Assembly: GCA_963693095.2 (NCBI GenBank)
Contig: OY843768.1
Coordinates: forward strand, 992,001-1,056,000
Source of the DNA: Cenarchaeum sp.
GTDB taxonomy: Archaea > Thermoproteota > Nitrososphaeria > Nitrososphaerales > Nitrosopumilaceae
Reading direction: 5' to 3'
DNA: 64,000 nt
Shown in pieces: positions 58,694 to 64,000 of this stretch; position 1 is the stretch's first letter, and each line of letters opens with the position of its first letter. The position numbers and the translations under genes were made by a program. The notes under the pieces were generated by a model, which had not been told where the DNA came from, made no database searches, and worked only from the letters and a program-made list of their open reading frames with translations.

Positions 58694-60357
58694 TATTCTG
58701 GATCTTTATCAGTAGCGCCCTCAATTTTTTCATAAAGATAAAACGTCCAATTACGCATCAATCTCTTAATCACCTCGGCATTTTGTTGTTGGTCCGCATT
58801 GAATTCACGCCGAGCAATCGCAAAAGTGCCCAACGCAACATAAACGGAGTTTTTTATGTGCTTAAGTGCAAGTATTTGAGATTTGTCAAGATTAGGCGAT
58901 ATTGTGTCTAGTTTATTAAATGAATCAAAGAATAATTTCCAAAATGGGTGAAGCATGTTGAGTTGGAGTAATGTCCTATTACCTTCAGACACGATATCAA
59001 CGAACGGGCCAGCTGATCCTAAATTATAATTTTCATGAATCACATATGGTTTATCTGTTAGTTGCTGAAACAAAACGTCATTTTGAGCTTGGTTTTCTAC
59101 TCCCGCAGCTTTGAGAATGCTTGCAACCTCCTGATCATCTGGAGGAAGAGGATCACTTTGACCTTGCAGCCACTGTTCGGCCAATTCCGGAGATGCGGTA
59201 TTACCAATAACCTCTTGTTTTTTAGTTTTTTGATCTTCGCGAACTTTACGTATTAGCTTACGATAATCATAGATAGTACTGTTAACATGTTTTTGGATTA
59301 TTTCACGCATTTCAGGCAAAGGACGGGCACCAACTTTAATGGTCTTGACTTTAAACCAGCGATCAAGATCAGCATTAAAGGATATTTCACAACCCCAAAA
59401 TCGGTCAATTTCACGAGAATCCCCTTCATCCAGACTATAATGAGGTATTTTTCCAAACATCACCTCACGATCGTTGCGAAGTATGGAGAAACTAGTGGAC
59501 GTAACAAGCTGACGATCCTTATTTGCGATAGTGCCTCCCGAACCCTCTTTTTCCCACCAGGATTGGGGCAGTAACGATAATCGGATTGTGATAGGACTAG
59601 TGCCATGTTGCTTATCAGGAGGAGGATCATAAGTGTGGATTTTCATCGGAATGCTAATTTCTCCAGCAAGCTTTGAGACTTCATCGCCATATTTGGTTTG
59701 AGTTGCGTATAAAGGATCCAATGCAGGGATTTCTTTCCCATCAAGAAAAATATGGCGTTGGTTAGGATTTTGAACCACTTTGGAATTTGAGATTGTCTGT
59801 TTGCCGATAAATTTACGATAAGTTCTGCCTATCCATTTGATCAAGTCGTCAGAACGCGCATCTGCCATGTCAAGCTTTTTCCAGATCACAAGAGTGCCAC
59901 TATTCGCAATTAAATCAGAATAGTCTTCAGGAATGTTTTTTCTTATAGGAGGGGGGATTTTAGAACCAATTTCAAGAAAAGTGTAATACCATTCACCGCC
60001 TTTGGTTTTTGAGTACACCTCAATATGGCGACATTGGCTAATCGCACCAAGAATCATCCCCACGCCAAATCTTCCAATGCCTGATCTGTCATTATACCTA
60101 GACGAATATCCGAGAACCAAACATTTATGTAATGTGTCGGGATTCATGCCAATACCGTCATCTCCAAAAGCCATTTCAACAAATCTGTAATGTGGTTTAC
60201 GGGTTTCAACCTTTTGGGTCATGATCCTGATGTTGGTTGCCTCAGCCTGTATAGAGTTGTCTATGACTTCCCCGATGGCCGAGACTGTATCAAAATCCGA
60301 ATGTCGCATAGATTCAAGAGCTTGTTTGTCGTCAACTGGGCTTATAGGCGTGTCCAC
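58693..60357 (-). CDS. GHKL ATPase of the prokaryotic MORC/HATPase_c_3 type
   Basis: EVIDNSIQA, DDGIGM, GRFGVGM, GTLVIW, S5-like RNDREV; TAATG-coupled to the helicase. Confidence 0.85.
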   Translation of the reverse strand: MDTPISPVDDKQALESMRHSDFDTVSAIGEVIDNSIQAEATNIRIMTQKVETRKPHYRFVEMAFGDDGIGMNPDTLHKCLVLGYSSRYNDRSGIGRFGVGMILGAISQCRHIEVYSKTKGGEWYYTFLEIGSKIPPPIRKNIPEDYSDLIANSGTLVIWKKLDMADARSDDLIKWIGRTYRKFIGKQTISNSKVVQNPNQRHIFLDGKEIPALDPLYATQTKYGDEVSKLAGEISIPMKIHTYDPPPDKQHGTSPITIRLSLLPQSWWEKEGSGGTIANKDRQLVTSTSFSILRNDREVMFGKIPHYSLDEGDSREIDRFWGCEISFNADLDRWFKVKTIKVGARPLPEMREIIQKHVNSTIYDYRKLIRKVREDQKTKKQEVIGNTASPELAEQWLQGQSDPLPPDDQEVASILKAAGVENQAQNDVLFQQLTDKPYVIHENYNLGSAGPFVDIVSEGNRTLLQLNMLHPFWKLFFDSFNKLDTISPNLDKSQILALKHIKNSVYVALGTFAIARREFNADQQQNAEVIKRLMRNWTFYLYEKIEGATDKDPE

Positions 60358-60597
60358 GGATCAGAACACCGGGGACTACATAATAAACATATCTCAAAAC
60401 ATGGACTTCAATTACGCATGAAATTAGAGCTCACGCTAGCGAGTACACATGATGATGCGTAGGCCAAGGCTCCCAGGTGCCAGAGGCACCACGTGGCGCG
60501 CACATAGGTAGCAGGCACTCCCAGGCCGCATCTTGGCTACCACGTATTTAAAAACCCGAAATAACGCTTATACGATCAACAGCCCGCTCCAAGTCCA

Positions 60598-61245
60598 ATG
60601 TCAGGACAAGAGCACGCCACGCCATGCCCTACTTGCGGGAGCACCAGGGCCGCAGCGGAAGCCGACAGGGTGCCAAAAAAGGAGATCAGCGCGTATGAAG
60701 GCCGGATGAATCGGCTCAGGCTAGAGGCCGAGGGCGGACCACTCGCCCCCATACCAGGATCCGCAGTCCCCATATTCCATGTCCTCTGCGACGCCGGCGT
60801 GGTTGACTGCGGCATGTCTCCGAGCAATGGAAGCGTCGCGGAGCGCCTGGCACTGAACATACTGGTATACTTTGCAAAGCACAGGTTTGGGTGTCCCGGA
60901 CTGGAGAGGTTTGACTACGAGTGGAGCATATCAAGTCCCCACTCGATCAAGCTCGAGGTCGACCTTGATGACATTACTGATCTCCATTCAGAGCCGGCCC
61001 AAGAGTGGGACAGAAAGGACGAGTTTGTCAAGTTTGCGCAAAAGCACGGCAACGACGCCGAATGGCTCCAGATTGCCTCGACGATATGCCACATAGATGA
61101 CGAGATGATGAAGGATTCCGTGACGCTCACGCGAGATGAGATGATCGACGAGGCGCGCCAGTGGTACATATTCAATTCCAAGGCAGTGCCAGGGGTGTAT
61201 GACGATATTGTCGACATGCTAGCAAGGACACGGGGCGACGCGTAG
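60598..61245 (+). CDS. divergent Panacea/YwgA-like protein, copy 3
   Basis: LVYFAKHRFG...W....P.S..L, EFVKFAQKHGNDAEWLQIAST aligns with copies 1-2 (EFLDFAKNHNDVKWLEIAST); N-terminal CPTCG. Confidence 0.55.
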   Translation: MSGQEHATPCPTCGSTRAAAEADRVPKKEISAYEGRMNRLRLEAEGGPLAPIPGSAVPIFHVLCDAGVVDCGMSPSNGSVAERLALNILVYFAKHRFGCPGLERFDYEWSISSPHSIKLEVDLDDITDLHSEPAQEWDRKDEFVKFAQKHGNDAEWLQIASTICHIDDEMMKDSVTLTRDEMIDEARQWYIFNSKAVPGVYDDIVDMLARTRGDA

Positions 61246-61344
61246 CCCAAGGCGCCGGACACTGCATAAGTGCCACATGAAGCGCACATTAGGCAGCAAG
61301 AGTCCATAAACCGTGCTACGCCTACCGCGTATTTAAAAACCCGA

Positions 61345-62436
61345 TGTATTGTACAAAAAGTAGGAGCGGGGGCCAGAGGGCTTGCCGGGCGCGGATCCGG
61401 GAGCCCGCGGAGGGCCTTCGGGTCCGGCAGGCTGCCGAAACACACGTTTGGGGGCCTCCGGCGCCGGCGCGCCATGCCGGTCAGGAGGCTGGACGCGCGG
61501 GCGCTCCGGTACATCGCGAGGACGCTTGCGACCAGGAGCACCGGGGCAGTGGCGCGCGAGCTGGGGATCTCGCCGTCGTGGGCCCGCAAGCTCCGCGCGC
61601 ACTGCCGGCGGACCGGCGCGCCGCCGGAGCCGCGGCCGATGGGGAGGCCGCGCAGGCCGATCACGCGGGAGCAGGCCGACGAGGTCCTCGCCGCGCACTC
61701 GCGCGACCCCGTCGGCGTGGTGCACCTGGTCAGGCTCATGCGGCTCAACAACTCAAAAATAGCGTACGGCGCGGCGTACCGCATATTGTCTGCGGAGGGA
61801 CTGGTCAGCAGCTCGCCGGCGAGGTCGAGGAGGCGCAAGTGGGTGAGGTTCGAGAGAAAGTACTCCAACGCGATGTGGCACGTGGACTGGCACATAATGA
61901 AATACGGCCCCCTGAGGGGCTCGCACCTCATAGTGTTCCTCGACGACGCGTCGAGGTGCGTGACGGGGTTCGGTGTCTTCCCCGAGGCCACGTCGGGCAA
62001 CACTGTGCTCGTGCTGCACCACGCGATCGGGAGGTTCGGCAAGCCGGCGCAGGTGCTCTCGGACCACGGGACGCAGTTCACGGCGAGCCGGCGCGGCGCC
62101 CCGCGCCGCAGCTGGAAGCCGACGCTCTTCGAGCGGGAGCTGCTCGACGCCGGGATAAAGCACGTCATGGCGCGCGTCGGCCACCCCCAGACCAACGGCA
62201 AGGTCGAGAGGTTCTTCCGGACGCTCGAGACGGAGATCGACCGCCATGGCGGGGTCGCCGAGTTCATCGGGCACTACAACGAGGAGAGGCTCCACTTCTC
62301 CCTCGACATGGAGACCGGCGAGACGCCCCTGCTGGCCTTCAGGAGGCGGAGGGCCGACGGGCGGGTCCGGGCGGAGAACCCAGGGTGGATGGAGGTGGAC
62401 TCGGATGGGTAGCGCTCCTACTTTCCGTATAATACA
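61345..62436 (+). mobile_element. IS481-like insertion sequence (1092 bp) with 24-bp TG...CA inverted repeats and a 15-bp target duplication
   Basis: IRL TGTATTGTACAAAAAGTAGGAGCG, IRR CGCTCCTACTTTCCGTATAATACA; TATTTAAAAACCCGA at 61330-61344 and 62437-62451. Confidence 0.92.
61474..62412 (+). CDS. DDE (rve) transposase, single ORF
   Basis: N-terminal HTH (VARELGIS), WHVD, LDDASR, SDHGTQF, PQTNGKVERF, YNEER.H.SL. Confidence 0.92.
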   Translation: MPVRRLDARALRYIARTLATRSTGAVARELGISPSWARKLRAHCRRTGAPPEPRPMGRPRRPITREQADEVLAAHSRDPVGVVHLVRLMRLNNSKIAYGAAYRILSAEGLVSSSPARSRRRKWVRFERKYSNAMWHVDWHIMKYGPLRGSHLIVFLDDASRCVTGFGVFPEATSGNTVLVLHHAIGRFGKPAQVLSDHGTQFTASRRGAPRRSWKPTLFERELLDAGIKHVMARVGHPQTNGKVERFFRTLETEIDRHGGVAEFIGHYNEERLHFSLDMETGETPLLAFRRRRADGRVRAENPGWMEVDSDG

Positions 62437-62489
62437 TATTTAAAAACCCGAGATAACGCTTATACGATCAGCGGCCCGCTCCAAGGCCA

Positions 62490-63128
62490 ATGTCCGAGCA
62501 AGAGCACGCCACGCCATGCCCGACGTGCGGGAGCACCAGGGCCGCAGCGGAGGTCGGCAGGGTGCCAAAAAAGGAGATTAGCGCGTATGAAGGCCGGATG
62601 ATTCGGCTCAGGCTCGAGGCCAAGGGCGGGCCACTCGCCCCCATACCGGGATCCGCTGTCCCCATATTCCACGTCCTCTGTGACGCCGGCGTGATTGACT
62701 GTGACATGTCCCCAAAGAACGAGGACAACGACACTCGCCTGTCCCTGAACATGCTGGTCTACTTTGCAAAGCACAGGTTTGGGTGTCCGGGGCTGGAGAG
62801 GTATGTCTTTGATTGGAGCGCGGTGAGCACATTCTCGATGAAGCTAGAGCACGACTTTGATGACATGGCAGAATTTCATTCAGAACCAGCCCAAGAGTGG
62901 GACAGAAAGGCCGAGTTTGTCAAGTTTGCGCGCAAGCACGGCAACGACGTCGAATGGCTCCAGATAGCCTCGGCTATATGTTACATAGAGGACGAGATGA
63001 TGAAGGATTCCGTGACGCTCACGCGAGATGAGATGATCGACGAGGCGTGCCAGTGGTACATATTCCATCCCGAGGCCGTGCCAGGTGTGTACGACGACAT
63101 TGCGGGTTCGCTGTTGAGGACGGGGTGA
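62490..63128 (+). CDS. divergent Panacea/YwgA-like protein, copy 4 (close paralogue of copy 3)
   Basis: Near-identical N- and C-termini to 60598-61245, including the duplicated promoter region. Confidence 0.55.
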   Translation: MSEQEHATPCPTCGSTRAAAEVGRVPKKEISAYEGRMIRLRLEAKGGPLAPIPGSAVPIFHVLCDAGVIDCDMSPKNEDNDTRLSLNMLVYFAKHRFGCPGLERYVFDWSAVSTFSMKLEHDFDDMAEFHSEPAQEWDRKAEFVKFARKHGNDVEWLQIASAICYIEDEMMKDSVTLTRDEMIDEACQWYIFHPEAVPGVYDDIAGSLLRTG

Positions 63129-63137
63129 TGAGCAGTC

Positions 63138-63716
63138 GTGAACATGCCAAAAGTCCTCATGTTGTCGCTCCTTCTCATGGGGGCCATAGGCGGAGGACTA
63201 GTCATAATACACGCGAGCTTCCTGATCAACACAGGGAGTCTCTATGGTGCCGTCTCGCTGCTCTCGTCGATCATGGCCCTTGCAGTCGCCACAGTGTACG
63301 GATACTATGCATACCTGCTCGGCGTGTTTAGCTACCAAACTAACCAGCAAGCAGAGAGGTTCCGGCTTGGCGAGGAGACTGATTCGCTGCTCTACTTGCT
63401 TGCCATCCTGTCCATCGTATGCAGGCGCATCATCAAAACACTCGAGACAAAATCTCCGGACACATGTAAAACCACAATTTCAGATTATGACAGGGCGACG
63501 ATTGAAAAGCACGTGTACACGATAAGAAGTGCGATAATCAGCGCAAGGGTGGAGCGCGGCAGCAAGATTCGACCACTGTTCCTAACAGATCGGATGATAA
63601 AAGATCTACAAAGAGACACCCTTAACGTCTTGGACATCCAAAGCGTGCAAAAGTCGGCAATAAACATTGCCAGACACATCGCAGACACGCGGCGCCGGGC
63701 CAAATCGCGCGCCTAG
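63138..63716 (+). CDS. membrane protein with two N-terminal TM helices and a helical C-terminus
   Basis: Two hydrophobic segments; same size and position relative to the paralogue pair as 7585-8169. Confidence 0.6.
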   Translation: MNMPKVLMLSLLLMGAIGGGLVIIHASFLINTGSLYGAVSLLSSIMALAVATVYGYYAYLLGVFSYQTNQQAERFRLGEETDSLLYLLAILSIVCRRIIKTLETKSPDTCKTTISDYDRATIEKHVYTIRSAIISARVERGSKIRPLFLTDRMIKDLQRDTLNVLDIQSVQKSAINIARHIADTRRRAKSRA

Positions 63717-63835
63717 CCCTGCCCTGCACGCCATGCCACACAGAGCCGCCTAATGCAGCACTGCCCTAGACCCCTAGCGCCCGTGTGCGGCCGGCGCGCC
63801 AATGTTAATTAATGAAGGAGTGCCGCACCGTCGCA

Positions 63836-64000
63836 TTGCGCGTGATACTCTGCGGCTTTGGCGTCGTGGGCCAGAGCCTCGCTAGGCTCCTCGAGTCGAG
63901 GGCAGGCGACCTCTACTCTAGGTTTGGCGTAAAGCCGCGCATAGTCGGAGTGGCTGACAGCGGCGGGGCCGTGGCCGACTCTGCGGGGCTTGACGCATCA
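63836..64000 (+). CDS. hom: homoserine dehydrogenase, 5' part
   Basis: TTG start: MRVILCGFGVVGQSLARLL...IVGVADS..A....GLD (GxGxVG Rossmann motif). Confidence 0.8.
   Translation, partial: MRVILCGFGVVGQSLARLLESRAGDLYSRFGVKPRIVGVADSGGAVADSAGLDAS

Noticed and set aside
60915-62432. Long alternative ORFs (450 aa minus strand, 362 aa plus strand) over the IS
   Set aside because: GC-rich shadow frames of the transposase with no motifs. The same applies to the long antisense ORFs over trpD, trxB, argH, sspA and sspC.

Overview
GC-rich archaeal chromosome segment. Gene content and order (hemB-hemA-sirC, fused ahbAB, trpEGDCBA, cofE, thi4, rps24e-rps27ae, sdhACDB, small MCM subunit, TATA-box promoters) point to an ammonia-oxidising Nitrososphaerota (Nitrosopumilaceae/Cenarchaeum-like); the taxonomy is inference. 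Positions 1-45.1 kb are mostly housekeeping genes with two small accessory inserts: tandem Panacea/YwgA-like genes plus a 2-TM gene at about 5-8.3 kb, and an array of three self-promoted micro-peptide genes plus a 3-TM gene at 23.7-25.0 kb. Positions 45.1-63.7 kb form a defence island. It holds a complete Ssp-type DNA phosphorothioation module (sspD-sspA-sspB-sspC) and a divergent DUF262-DUF1524 (SspE/GmrSD-like) gene broken by one in-frame TGA. It also holds a convergent, translationally coupled MORC/GHKL ATPase + SF2 helicase pair, a PLD-fold nuclease between IS5-type ends, and an intact IS481-like element whose 15-bp target duplication copies a TATA box. Second copies of both small accessory modules lie at the island edges. 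The best candidates for undescribed biology are (1) an archaeal Ssp modification module apparently paired with a non-canonical GHKL/helicase/PLD effector set and (2) the repeated GG-motif micro-peptide + PycTM-like membrane protein cassette. No tRNA, rRNA or CRISPR array was recognised. All family calls come from motif recognition by eye, not from database searches.
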